From: Candidatus Latescibacterota bacterium | Lineage (GTDB): Bacteria; Latescibacterota; UBA2968; UBA8231 | Direction of reading: 5' to 3' | Assembly (NCBI GenBank): GCA_965217585.1 | Contig: OZ244561.1 | Location: 2,496,001 to 2,560,000, forward strand | Length of the DNA: 64,000 bases | Shown here: positions 9,525-18,872 of the stretch, one piece after another | How positions within the stretch are numbered: position 1 is the first letter of the stretch | Layout of the letters: each line of letters begins with the position of its first letter | Notes under the pieces: generated by a model | Told to the model about the DNA's origin: nothing | The model's input: the letters and a program-made list of their open reading frames with translations, nothing else | Databases searched by the model: none | Position numbers and translations under genes: made by a program

Positions 9525-10100
9525 ATGGACTTTCGCATCGAAGAAGAAAGCATCGACGTCCTGTCCGAATACGGCCAAGTGCCCATCGCCTTTGAAGTAA
9601 AAGGCCGCTTTCGCGTCGAACTCGTCACCAATGGCTTGGGAGGGATCCGGTTAGTTGAAGAATCCGTCGATCCGCCCTATATCAAAGACTACGACCACTC
9701 CGGCGGCCCCGAACGCTGGACCCGGAGAACGTGGGATCTCTCGCGGTGGATTATCGTCGCCGCATACAGGGAACAAGAGCGCATCGGCGGAGCCATTGTC
9801 GCCTTTCACAGCGAAGGCTTAGACTACTGCGAAGGGCGCGAAGACCTAGCCGGCCTCTGGGACATCCGCGTGCGCTCCGAATATCAAGGACGAGGCGTGG
9901 GCAAGGCGCTCTTCCAACGCGCCGAGACCTGCGCCAAGCAGCAGGGCTGCACCCAGTTAAAAATCGAAACCCAAAACATCAACGTGCCCGCCTGCCGCTT
10001 CTACGCCCGCATGGGTGCCAAGCTCGGTCAAGTCCATCTCTACGCCTACCATACCGAGGGGCTAGACGAGGTGCAACTGACTTGGTACAAGGATCTATAG
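9525..10100 (+). CDS. GNAT N-acetyltransferase (streptothricin acetyltransferase-like)
   Basis: YQGRGVGKAL acetyl-CoA motif; LKIETQNINVPACRFY. Confidence 0.85.
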   Translation: MDFRIEEESIDVLSEYGQVPIAFEVKGRFRVELVTNGLGGIRLVEESVDPPYIKDYDHSGGPERWTRRTWDLSRWIIVAAYREQERIGGAIVAFHSEGLDYCEGREDLAGLWDIRVRSEYQGRGVGKALFQRAETCAKQQGCTQLKIETQNINVPACRFYARMGAKLGQVHLYAYHTEGLDEVQLTWYKDL

Positions 10101-10170
10101 CCGCCGCAGACGCTGGCAGTCAAAAACAACATTTGAGTATAATTCAGGTTTAAACCGAGGATAGCCGAGT

Positions 10171-11349
10171 ATGACAGATCTTTTCGAGAGAGTGCGCGAA
10201 GACTTCCCGCGAGCGCGGACCATGGCGTACTTCGACAACGCCTCGTCACATCCGATCAGTGTGCACTCGGCCGCGGCCCTGCACCGGTACGTCGATTGGG
10301 TCGCGCACGAGGTGGGGGAGCCGTGGTGGCCAGCCTGGGCGCCGCCGCGAGACAAAGCCAAAACCCTATTTGCCCAGCTCATCAACGCCGACCCCGGAGA
10401 AATCGCCTTTGCGCGCAGCACTGTAGAATCGGAGAGCAATATCCTCAACGGCTTGCGGGATCATCTGGAGGGCGGCAATGTGGTGACGTCGGATTTGACC
10501 TTCAGCCCCTGCATCTACAACTACAAGTTTCGCGAGCAGCAAGGTCTCGATGTGCGAATCGTCAAGAGCAGTCTGTCGCCAGTATTGGCGACACATCGCA
10601 ACTGGCAAATCGACATGGCCGCCATGGAAGACGCGGTCGATGGCAATACCCGGCTGATTTCGGTGGCATTGGTGTCAAACGTCAATGGGTATGTCGCAGA
10701 TGTCGCGGCACTGAGCAAGCTGGCTCACGACAACGGCGCATATCTGTATGTCGACATCATGCAGGCCGCGGGCGGCGTTCCAATCGACGTCAAGGCGATG
10801 GGCATCGACTTTGCGGCTTGTTCGACGTTCAAGTGGCTGATGGGCGTAAAGGGGTTCGGATTTCTGTACGTTCGCTCTGATCTGCAGCTTGACGTGCTCA
10901 AACCGTCTCAACCCTCGGGTGGTGTGGTCCTCAACTATCCCCCTTGGGTGGAAGAGCCCGATTCGGCTAGTGAGGAGATATCGTTTTCACCCCCGACCGG
11001 AGTCGGTGCCTACGAGGTCAGTTACCCCTCATACGAAGGAGTCGTGTGCGCCCAAGAGAGCTTGCAGTACATCCTGCGCCTCGGAGTCGACAGAATCCGC
11101 AGCCACGCGAGAGACCTGACCGATCGCCTGCAGGAGGAGCTGCCGCAGAGGGGGTACAAATCGATCACGCCGCAGGGGAACGAAAGCCCCATACTCTCCT
11201 TCGTAGCTCCACACCCCGAAGCGGTCCTAGCCAGTTGCAGGAGTGCCAATGTTCACGTGGCGATGCGCTTCGGCAACAAGATGCGCCTCTCACCCTCGGT
11301 GTACAACAACCACGAGGATATCGATCGCCTCCTCGAGGCCCTGCCTTAG
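10171..11349 (+). CDS. Class V PLP-dependent aminotransferase / cysteine desulfurase-like protein
   Basis: YFDNAS, VDIMQAAG, STFKWLMG (PLP lysine), RLSPSVYN. Confidence 0.9.
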   Translation: MTDLFERVREDFPRARTMAYFDNASSHPISVHSAAALHRYVDWVAHEVGEPWWPAWAPPRDKAKTLFAQLINADPGEIAFARSTVESESNILNGLRDHLEGGNVVTSDLTFSPCIYNYKFREQQGLDVRIVKSSLSPVLATHRNWQIDMAAMEDAVDGNTRLISVALVSNVNGYVADVAALSKLAHDNGAYLYVDIMQAAGGVPIDVKAMGIDFAACSTFKWLMGVKGFGFLYVRSDLQLDVLKPSQPSGGVVLNYPPWVEEPDSASEEISFSPPTGVGAYEVSYPSYEGVVCAQESLQYILRLGVDRIRSHARDLTDRLQEELPQRGYKSITPQGNESPILSFVAPHPEAVLASCRSANVHVAMRFGNKMRLSPSVYNNHEDIDRLLEALP

Positions 11350-11470
11350 CAGCCGTCTCAAAATTCTAAGTGCGCTCCGCCCAACGTCATTTCACATCTG
11401 AGTTCATCTGCGTTCATCTGCGGATACCTTGCCGTCGGGAGACAGCCGATAGGGGTTTTGAGACCGCTTC
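11349..11470. mobile_element. Putative IS5-type MITE (122 bp) carrying the decamer repeat
   Basis: 15-bp terminal inverted repeats gcagccgtctcaaaa (11349-63) and ttttgagaccgcttc (11456-70), 13/15 match; TTA on both flanks; internal decamers 11396-11425. Confidence 0.6.
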
Positions 11471-11479
11471 TTAGTCCCC

Positions 11480-12361
11480 TCACACCGAATCGGCCACCTC
11501 GGTAAGTCCTGCGTAGCCGTTGCTCTGCTTGGGTCTGCGGGAATGATGTGAGGGCAAGAGCAGGGCTGCCTGTTGGGGAGCGGTGAGCTCGTCCCAGTAG
11601 GACGGACGCCGACCGCGCACGCCGCCGCCACCCCATGCCATGTGTCCGACGTTGTACTTATAGAGGATGGCACGGCGCTGGTGATCGGCATCCCACGGGA
11701 GGGTGCCGTGGGTGCATGCCTCGCTGAAGATGATGGCGTCGCCGGCTTTGGCGTTTATCTCGGTCACGTATTCCTGGTACTGTTCCCATCTGCGCATCTT
11801 GGCCGGGCAGGTCACGTTGGCCTTGTGGCTGCCGGCAATGACGCTGATGCCGCCGTCGCCGGGCCCCTCGTCGGCGAGCAGGTATTCGATGACGCAAAGG
11901 CCGGTGAAGATCTTACCCTCGCGGTAGAAATAGGGTGCGTTGTCGAAGTTGCCGTGCAGCATGCCGCCGGAACATCCCTTGTCCATAGCGATCAGACCCG
12001 GACCGTGGTCGAGCCGCCAGCCTTCCCCGAGGATCGTGTTGAGGTGAGGGATGGTTTTGGGATGCGCCAGCATTTCTCTGAAGGGCTCGCAGACCGGCCG
12101 CGGCAATTCCAACAGGCCCTCGCTGTTGCCGAGGCGTGTCGAGGTATTTTCACCCTGCAAAGCAACGGAGTCGCCAAAGTACTCTGGGCTCGGTGTGAGC
12201 TCCATCGAGTCGATGGCTTCGTTAGCCAGCTTCAGGTGTTCCTCGCTCAGCACGTCCCGCACGATCAAAAATCCGAGCAGGTCGAAGAGGTACTTCTCAT
12301 CGGCGGACATTTCCACCGTTTCTGCGGTGATTGAGCGCGAGGTGTTGGCGTGTTCAATCAT
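11480..12361 (-). CDS. PhyH-family dioxygenase, non-canonical (LHGN; EACTH)
   Basis: EKYLFDLLGF, AGSHKAN, AGDAIIFSEACTHGTLPW. Confidence 0.85.
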   Translation of the reverse strand: MIEHANTSRSITAETVEMSADEKYLFDLLGFLIVRDVLSEEHLKLANEAIDSMELTPSPEYFGDSVALQGENTSTRLGNSEGLLELPRPVCEPFREMLAHPKTIPHLNTILGEGWRLDHGPGLIAMDKGCSGGMLHGNFDNAPYFYREGKIFTGLCVIEYLLADEGPGDGGISVIAGSHKANVTCPAKMRRWEQYQEYVTEINAKAGDAIIFSEACTHGTLPWDADHQRRAILYKYNVGHMAWGGGGVRGRRPSYWDELTAPQQAALLLPSHHSRRPKQSNGYAGLTEVADSV

Positions 12362-12460
12362 GGCTGTTCTCCGTGGGATGGATTGTTGGAAGATTGGTTA
12401 CAGTAGCTTTTATCAACAAAATGCCCTTAGCAGGTACGGTGTGCAAGGCCTATTTCCAAC

Positions 12461-12489
12461 TTGGCGCGGGGCGAAGCGGTGTATATGTT
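12461..12489 (+). promoter_or_regulatory. Sigma70-like promoter TTGGCG-N17-TATGTT (copy 1)
   Basis: Near-identical to 15322-15350; 17-bp spacer. Confidence 0.55.
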
Positions 12490-12526
12490 GAGCAAGATGC
12501 ACCGCAACCCACGTTGAGGACTGACT

Positions 12527-12616
12527 ATGGCCAATATCACCCGCGCCCCTTTCATTGGCAACAATTTCACCGCCCGCGTATTGACTCGACTGGTCAGCGC
12601 CGGCGGCAAGGGATAG
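12527..12616 (+). pseudogene. Truncated 5' duplicate of the SGNH hydrolase gene at 15390
   Basis: MANITRAPFIGNNFTARVLTRLVSAGGKG* versus MANITRILFIGNSFTARNDLPGLLGQLVHAGGKG; upstream promoter and RBS also duplicated. Confidence 0.85.
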
Positions 12617-12620
12617 CGCT

Positions 12621-13505
12621 ATGCGCCCTTGGACCTGCCCCTTAGTGCTAGATTCGTCGCGCAAGATCGTCGCCGGAAGCCAAGACGCCTTAGTCCGCGC
12701 CATCCGCCGTGGCGCAGATCTGCGCATCTACACCGAATTTCGCCACAACGAGCACATCGATGTGCGCTCCCTCAGCGACGAAAAGGTGCGCGAGGTGGCC
12801 GAGTTTGCCGTGACGTATCTCGTCGAAGACCGCTGGGCCGCCGGCCTGATGAGCCTGCGCCAGCCCGTGTCCCTGCCCGACGGATTTGGGCCGCGACCCT
12901 CGCTATCGTTTTTCCTCTACAATCAAGACGGCCACCAAGCCCTTGGCCGTCCCCACCTCGACGGGCAACAGACCGTGCCCGCCCCCGAGGGGGGACCGCA
13001 TCCCATGCCGAAGTACCACTTGCTCGACAGCCATGACCTAGCGACCAATGCCCCCAGCCACAACTTCATTTACGACTTTGATATTTATAAGTTCTACGTC
13101 GCCGACACCTGGGAGGAAGTATTACACCACGACGCCCACGGCCACATCCTCTCCGGCTCTATCGACGCCCTCGCCACCGCCTTTGGCGACGGTGCGTCCA
13201 TCAAGGTCGGCATTGGCGGGTTGTGCGCGGACCTCCCCGGAGCCGGGGCAGACCTAGTCCACGAGGTATTCGTCGAAACCGGCTCGGGTTATTACTATGT
13301 CGAGCAGCGGCTCTTTATTGCCGGATCGCATCCGGTCATCCGCGTCCGGCCGAGTATCCCCATGCGCTATCAGAGCAAGGGCTGGGACTTTGGCTGGCTG
13401 GTGCTGCGCACCGACGGGACGGTCGTCTATCGGCAGTGCGATCCCTATTCGCTCGCCTTTGCCGATGGAACGCGACGACACCCGATTCGCTGGTTCGCTC
13501 GCTGA
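12621..13505 (+). CDS. Hypothetical protein with internal two-fold repeat
   Basis: 294 aa with host-like codon usage; repeat W..L.LD....I.AGS.DAL..A...GA..(R/K). Confidence 0.7.
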   Translation: MRPWTCPLVLDSSRKIVAGSQDALVRAIRRGADLRIYTEFRHNEHIDVRSLSDEKVREVAEFAVTYLVEDRWAAGLMSLRQPVSLPDGFGPRPSLSFFLYNQDGHQALGRPHLDGQQTVPAPEGGPHPMPKYHLLDSHDLATNAPSHNFIYDFDIYKFYVADTWEEVLHHDAHGHILSGSIDALATAFGDGASIKVGIGGLCADLPGAGADLVHEVFVETGSGYYYVEQRLFIAGSHPVIRVRPSIPMRYQSKGWDFGWLVLRTDGTVVYRQCDPYSLAFADGTRRHPIRWFAR

Positions 13506-13571
13506 CCCGCCGGTTGGCTCCCCCTTGCGGTCGGAGAGAGAAGCGTTCGGTCGGAGGGTGAAACGCTTCTT

Positions 13572-13654
13572 ATACCGTTTTGCTAATCGTCTGTCCTAAT
13601 AAGTCTCCCCCAAGAGAAGAGGGTAATTAGGACACTAAAAAGTCAAATCGGTAT
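13572..13654. repeat. Nested inverted repeat, MITE-like
   Basis: Outer arms ataccgttttg/caaatcggtat (10/11); inner arms tgtcctaat/attaggaca (9/9). Confidence 0.5.
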
Positions 13655-13706
13655 TACATCAACCCGTTCAACCTCCCGATCAAAGAGGCTATCCCAATAA
13701 ACGCCG

Positions 13707-14465
13707 ATGAACACAGCAGACTACGAATTCTTTCGCCGCAATGGCTACATCCTCTTAGGCCAACTTTTCTCCGACCAAGACGCTGCCCGCCTGCGCCAAG
13801 GCTTTGACGAGGACCGCGCAACTTGGAGCCGCGCCATGTGGCGCCCTTTGGAAGGTGCCTACCAGACCGTCAACTGCGATCCCCTGATCACTTGGCCCGC
13901 AGTCGAAGAGATCATCCGCCACCCGCAAATCCTCGACGCAGTGGAAGCGCTGCTCGGTGCCCCCACCTGCCTCTCTGAAGCCTGCCTGCGCCACATGGCA
14001 CCCTACGAGGGCGAAGGCTGGCGACGCTGGCATCGCGACCGCCCGCACTGGCAGCAGCATCCCCTGCGCACCCAGTATATCCACGCCCTCGTCTATTTGG
14101 CCGACGTCGACGAAACCACCCACTGCTTCTCCCTCTCGCCGGAAGCCGCCGACGCGCCCATTTTGGACCGTGAAGACCAACTCGCCCGCGGCGGGACCGT
14201 CGACCTCCACGGCCCGGCCGGCACCGTGGTGCTCTTCAACCTCTCGGTGCTACACACGGCGACCATCCGCCCGACCCAACAAGAACGCAAAACCGTACAG
14301 ATCTATTACGGACTCCGCGACCAACCTCACTTGAGCAACTACACGACCCTGCCCGCTCGGCTCTGGCGCGACCATTCCGATCCGGAGGTCCGCGCCTTCT
14401 ACTCAGTGCTCAATCCCAAGTCGCGGGCTTTTGCCGCGGCCTTCGGTGCATCTGCACCTGAGTAA
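13707..14465 (+). CDS. PhyH-family dioxygenase
   Basis: FFRRNGY, WHRD, GPAGTVVLFN..LH. Confidence 0.9.
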   Translation: MNTADYEFFRRNGYILLGQLFSDQDAARLRQGFDEDRATWSRAMWRPLEGAYQTVNCDPLITWPAVEEIIRHPQILDAVEALLGAPTCLSEACLRHMAPYEGEGWRRWHRDRPHWQQHPLRTQYIHALVYLADVDETTHCFSLSPEAADAPILDREDQLARGGTVDLHGPAGTVVLFNLSVLHTATIRPTQQERKTVQIYYGLRDQPHLSNYTTLPARLWRDHSDPEVRAFYSVLNPKSRAFAAAFGASAPE

Positions 14466-14470
14466 AGACG

Positions 14471-15238
14471 CTAGGCTTCGTACATCACCGGGCAAATCTG
14501 GGGATCGTCCAAATGCGCGGTGTAGTAGCTCTGGTCGCCGGGCACCGGCACGGCTCTTTCGTCGCGCAAATGCACGGCCAAGCTCCAGCGCGCCGCATCC
14601 GAGACATTGGCGTTGGAGCCGTGGTAGGTTAGGCAGTGGTGGACGCTAAGCCCGCCTAAGGGCATCAGCACTGGCACTTCCTCCCAAGTCTCACCTGTCG
14701 GCACCGCGATGTCCTCGCGCAGCTTGTGCTGGTCCTTGTCGAAGAAATTGCCCTGATTCAAAAAGCCCCAACGGTGCGACCCGCGCACAAAGCGCATCGG
14801 CCCCAACTGCTCCCCCACATCGCACAGCGCGATCCACGCCGTAAAAAGCCCTTCGTCTTGCTGCCACATGCGCCAGTACTGGCGGTCTTGGTGCCAGCCG
14901 ACGTGCCCTGCGGTCGCGGACCCCGGCGGCTTGATCAGCAACTGGCTCGCCCACACCTGCACTCGCTGGGCGCCCGTCACTTCGGCGACTTTGCGTCCCA
15001 CTTGTGGACAGGTCACCAATTCATAGAGTCCCGTATCCGACCGATGCGGATTGTTGATCTTGCACAACACGTCTGGATCGTACCCAGGATGCTCGGTCGG
15101 CGGCAGCCCCATATCAAACTTTCCATCGCGCACCGCCACCATCCCCTGCAACGCCTTTGCCAACACATCGTCCGGCGCGACCTGCTCATCCGCGATACAA
15201 TACCCGTCCCGCTCGTATTGCTCGACCGTTTGTCCCAT
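14471..15238 (-). CDS. PhyH-family dioxygenase
   Basis: YERDGY, GWHQD, GPMRFVRGSH, YHGS. Confidence 0.9.
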   Translation of the reverse strand: MGQTVEQYERDGYCIADEQVAPDDVLAKALQGMVAVRDGKFDMGLPPTEHPGYDPDVLCKINNPHRSDTGLYELVTCPQVGRKVAEVTGAQRVQVWASQLLIKPPGSATAGHVGWHQDRQYWRMWQQDEGLFTAWIALCDVGEQLGPMRFVRGSHRWGFLNQGNFFDKDQHKLREDIAVPTGETWEEVPVLMPLGGLSVHHCLTYHGSNANVSDAARWSLAVHLRDERAVPVPGDQSYYTAHLDDPQICPVMYEA

Positions 15239-15321
15239 CAGAAGTTCTCCCTATTAGACTGCATAAAAACCGTCAACATCGAGATCCTGCCTACCGAATA
15301 CGAGGCTATTAGGATAGCAAC

Positions 15322-15350
15322 TTGGCGCGGGGCGAAGCGGTGTTTATGTT
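15322..15350 (+). promoter_or_regulatory. Sigma70-like promoter TTGGCG-N17-TATGTT (copy 2)
   Basis: 40 bp upstream of SGNH ATG; duplicated at 12461. Confidence 0.55.
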
Positions 15351-15389
15351 GAGCACATGACACCCCTCAACCCACACTGAGGACTGACT

Positions 15390-16043
15390 ATGGCCAATAT
15401 CACCCGCATCCTTTTCATCGGCAACAGCTTCACCGCGCGCAACGATCTGCCCGGCCTCCTCGGCCAACTCGTCCATGCCGGCGGCAAGGGCGAGCTGGAA
15501 TGCGAACTCATCAGCGCCGGCGGGGCCTCGCTCCGAATGCACTTGAACAAAGGCGAGGCGCAAGAGCGCTTGCAGGCATCCGGCTGGGATTACGTCGTGT
15601 TGCAGGAGCAAAGCACCCTGCCGGTGAAAAACCCCAAGCGCACCGGCGAAAACATCCGCGAGTTCGACGCCATAATTAAAGCGGCACAGGCGCGGACGGT
15701 ACTCTACATGACTTGGGCGCGGCAAAACGCTCCCGAGACCCAAACCGATTTGAGCGAGACCTATATCGAAGTGGGGCGCGAGACCGGCGCGACCGTCGTG
15801 CCCGTGGGGCTAGCTTGGCGCGATTGCTTAGCGGCCCATCCCGATATCGTCCTGCACGACAAGGACCAAAGCCATCCCAACCTCGCCGGGTCCTATCTGG
15901 CGGCTTGCGTGTTTTACGCGACGCTCTTTATCGGTCGGGCCAAGTCCATTCCCAACATCGACATTGACCTAGACGCCGAAACGGTCAACGCCCTCCACGA
16001 AGCTGCGCTGGCAACGATGCGCACCTACGGCGTCTCCGCGTAG
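15390..16043 (+). CDS. SGNH/GDSL hydrolase family protein (DUF4886-like)
   Basis: LFIGNSFT, WDYVVLQEQS, DQSHPN. Confidence 0.85.
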   Translation: MANITRILFIGNSFTARNDLPGLLGQLVHAGGKGELECELISAGGASLRMHLNKGEAQERLQASGWDYVVLQEQSTLPVKNPKRTGENIREFDAIIKAAQARTVLYMTWARQNAPETQTDLSETYIEVGRETGATVVPVGLAWRDCLAAHPDIVLHDKDQSHPNLAGSYLAACVFYATLFIGRAKSIPNIDIDLDAETVNALHEAALATMRTYGVSA

Positions 16044-16056
16044 AGGAGTTCCCCCT

Positions 16057-16509
16057 ATGAGTGCATTTGCAAGCGAGTACTACCTGTGGCTCAAAGCTAT
16101 CCACGTCATCTTCGTCATCGCTTGGATGGTCGGCATGTTCTATCTGCCACGCCTCTATGTCTATCACTGCCAAGTCACCCCTAACTCCGAAGCCGACGAG
16201 ACCTTCAAGGTCATGGAGCGCAAGTTGCTGAGGGTGATTATGAATCCGGCGATGATCGTTTCTTTTATTACCGGCATTCTGTTAATCATCGCCACCGGGG
16301 CCGGCGCGCCCGGCACTGGCTACTGGATGCACATCAAGTTAGCACTAGTGCTTGCCATGGGCGCCGTCCACGGCATGCTCTCTTCCTACCGCAAGGCTTT
16401 TGAACGCGGAGAGAACCAAAAGAGCGAGCAATTTTTCCGCTGCCTCAATGAAGTGCCCACTGTCTTGGTGATCGCCATTGTAATTCTAGTTGTGGTCAAG
16501 TTCATCTGA
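16057..16509 (+). CDS. hemJ: Protoporphyrinogen oxidase HemJ
   Basis: WLKAIHVIFVIAWM.GMFYLPRLYVYH, MERKL...IMNPAM, NEVP. Confidence 0.92.
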   Translation: MSAFASEYYLWLKAIHVIFVIAWMVGMFYLPRLYVYHCQVTPNSEADETFKVMERKLLRVIMNPAMIVSFITGILLIIATGAGAPGTGYWMHIKLALVLAMGAVHGMLSSYRKAFERGENQKSEQFFRCLNEVPTVLVIAIVILVVVKFI

Positions 16510-16607
16510 GGATGGGGGAATCGGCGCGCTCCCTGCTTGATTCAGAGCCTCAATTTCCTTATACCATCGCGGTGAATTTCCGCGACCCATTTATCAAGGA
16601 GAAACTC

Positions 16608-17585
16608 ATGAAATCACTCACTTCGGCGATCCTCGTGCTCGCCCTGTCCCTGCCGTGCTTTTCCCAGACCCGCGAACAAGGACCTTGGTGGCCCTCGCAA
16701 TGGGGGGCCGACGACCAAGCCGGCGCATCCAATCGCATTACCGCCGCAACCATCCTCAAGGCCGTACAGCTAGTAAAGACCGGCAAGATGTACGAGCTAG
16801 GCCAGGTTTACGAGCGCGGCATGCCGCTGTTTGGCGAGCGCACGTATGCGATGTTCATCCCCGGCTCGCCCACTGGTGGCCCCTTCGGCGAGAACAATAT
16901 GCTGATGTACCACGACGAGTTCCTCTGCGCCGAAATCGGCCAAGTAGGCACTCAGTTCGATGGGCTGGCCCACATTGGCACGCGCATGAAGATGGCCGAC
17001 GGCTCGACCCAAGACGTGTTCTACAACGGCGTTACTGCCGATGAAATGGCTGGAGCTTACGGCGTCACCAAGCTGGGCATTGAACATGTGCGTTCCTTTG
17101 TCACCCGCGGCGTGCTCATCGACATTGCCGGCTACAAGGGCGTCGAGCACCTCGACCACAGCTATGAGGTCTCCGTCGCCGATATCCGCGGTGCGCTCGC
17201 AAGGCAAGGGATCGCCGAAAGCAGCATCCAGGAGGGCGACGCCCTGCTCTTCAACTACGGCTGGTCCAAGCTGTGGAAGGATGCTGAAACCTACAACACC
17301 AACCCGCCCGGCATCGGCATGGAGGCCAGCGAGTGGATCATCTCTATGAAACCCTCGATGATCGGCACGGATCAGTGGACCACCGAAGTCGTGCCCGGTC
17401 CCGACCCCAAGCAGGCCTTCCCGGTCCACCAAGAACTCATCCCCAAGAACGGCATCTTCAACCTGGAGAACATGGTCTTTGAAGAAGTGTTGGCCGACGA
17501 GGTGTACGAGTTTCTCTTCATATTCACGCCGACCCGCTTCAAAGGCGGCACTGGATCGCCAGGACGGCCGATCGCCATCCACTGA
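16608..17585 (+). CDS. Secreted cyclase-family (kynurenine formamidase-like) metallohydrolase
   Basis: AAGGAG RBS, signal peptide, WGADDQAG..N, QVGTQFDGLAH, GGTGSP. Confidence 0.85.
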   Translation: MKSLTSAILVLALSLPCFSQTREQGPWWPSQWGADDQAGASNRITAATILKAVQLVKTGKMYELGQVYERGMPLFGERTYAMFIPGSPTGGPFGENNMLMYHDEFLCAEIGQVGTQFDGLAHIGTRMKMADGSTQDVFYNGVTADEMAGAYGVTKLGIEHVRSFVTRGVLIDIAGYKGVEHLDHSYEVSVADIRGALARQGIAESSIQEGDALLFNYGWSKLWKDAETYNTNPPGIGMEASEWIISMKPSMIGTDQWTTEVVPGPDPKQAFPVHQELIPKNGIFNLENMVFEEVLADEVYEFLFIFTPTRFKGGTGSPGRPIAIH

Positions 17586-17598
17586 ACTGGAAATGGAG

Positions 17599-17628
17599 AA
17601 CCCCGCGTCGAAAGGGCGCGGGGTTTTT
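17599..17628 (+). terminator. Rho-independent terminator
   Basis: aaccccgcgtc-gaaag-ggcgcggggtt-ttt after the cyclase stop. Confidence 0.8.
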
Positions 17629-17646
17629 AACTGCCCAAGACCATCT

Positions 17647-18753
17647 ATGAAAGCATCCCAAGATCCAACTCCAGCCAGCCGGCTGCACGACCTCTTGCGC
17701 CCGGAAGTCCTAGCTGCCTTCGACCGCGCTTTCTTTGAACGGGAAGGCTACTGGGTCTGGGAGGGCGTCCTGACCGACGCCGGGCAACAGCGCTGGACGA
17801 CCAGCTTGCAAAAGCTACAACGGATGAACGACGCCATTGTAGTAGGTGCCGACTGGGCTACCGTTGACTACGCGAGCCGTGGGTTGCCCGAACCGTCACC
17901 GGAGCAGACGACTCCTGAGTTCTTGGCCGCCTGTTGCGGCGGATCGGAGCAGATGCGCTTTATGTCGTCGGAACTCCGCGCCTATATGTACGAACAGGGG
18001 CTTTTCGGACCTGGTTCCGCGCCGGTCGCGGCGGAATTCGAGTGGCAGGGGATGATGCCCGAATACTTTCCGCTCGCCTACGACGATTTTATCCTCGACG
18101 TCACCACCAGGCATCCGCAGATGATGGAACTGTTCGGTCGGCTGCTCGGCGAGCGCTTCCTGATCGACCACTGCCTGATGCTCAACCGGCCGGCAGGATC
18201 GAGAGGGCGGCGCTGGCACGCGCACCCGTATCGCCAAGGGCAGTACGAGGTCGAAAGCGAAATCGGCGGCGGTCGCGCGCTAACCACCCAATTCCTAGCG
18301 CAGCAATGCGTCCGCACCCTGTGCTATCCCGAAGGGATGGGGATTGGAGATGGGGGCGGTGAGTTGGCCGTTATCCCCGGTTCCCACCTCTACCGCATTC
18401 CCTATCGGTGGAATTCTACGAGACCCGAATACGACGACGAAATGCAGACCGGCTGGATGACGGGTAAAATCCACGCCTTTACCGGCGAACCTTTGCGGAT
18501 TGAGCGCTTGTCGCTGCCGCCCGGCAGCATGGTCTCCTTCGTCCACCATATGCCGCATCACGTCGGCCACCGCGACCCGGATGCTCCCACTCGCTGGGGT
18601 CTGCTGATGGCCTACCGGACGCCCGACCCCAAAGCCAGTCCGGCCAAGTGGAACGAAGGTACGCCCACCCATTGGGCCGAGCACGTGGAAGAGGCGGGCA
18701 GGCTCACCCCTGCAATGCGCCGGATATTCGAGGGAGACCGTTCTTTGGCTTAG
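17647..18753 (+). CDS. PhyH-family dioxygenase, non-canonical (WHAH)
   Basis: FFEREGY, GGELAVIPGSH, PGSMVSFVHHMPH. Confidence 0.8.
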   Translation: MKASQDPTPASRLHDLLRPEVLAAFDRAFFEREGYWVWEGVLTDAGQQRWTTSLQKLQRMNDAIVVGADWATVDYASRGLPEPSPEQTTPEFLAACCGGSEQMRFMSSELRAYMYEQGLFGPGSAPVAAEFEWQGMMPEYFPLAYDDFILDVTTRHPQMMELFGRLLGERFLIDHCLMLNRPAGSRGRRWHAHPYRQGQYEVESEIGGGRALTTQFLAQQCVRTLCYPEGMGIGDGGGELAVIPGSHLYRIPYRWNSTRPEYDDEMQTGWMTGKIHAFTGEPLRIERLSLPPGSMVSFVHHMPHHVGHRDPDAPTRWGLLMAYRTPDPKASPAKWNEGTPTHWAEHVEEAGRLTPAMRRIFEGDRSLA

Positions 18754-18872
18754 GGGACTAGGGGACGCTTCATCCTTCACTCCGATGTGCAAGCTCATAG
18801 CGGCTAAGACTGGCGTTTAATACCTGCAAAGTTCTATACTATCGCTATATCGCATCCACGAGGAGATACTCC

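Noticed and set aside
18757-18807. Possible PhyH C-terminal remnant (FILHSDVQAHSG*)
   Set aside because: Too short, with no nucleotide match to a gene in the window
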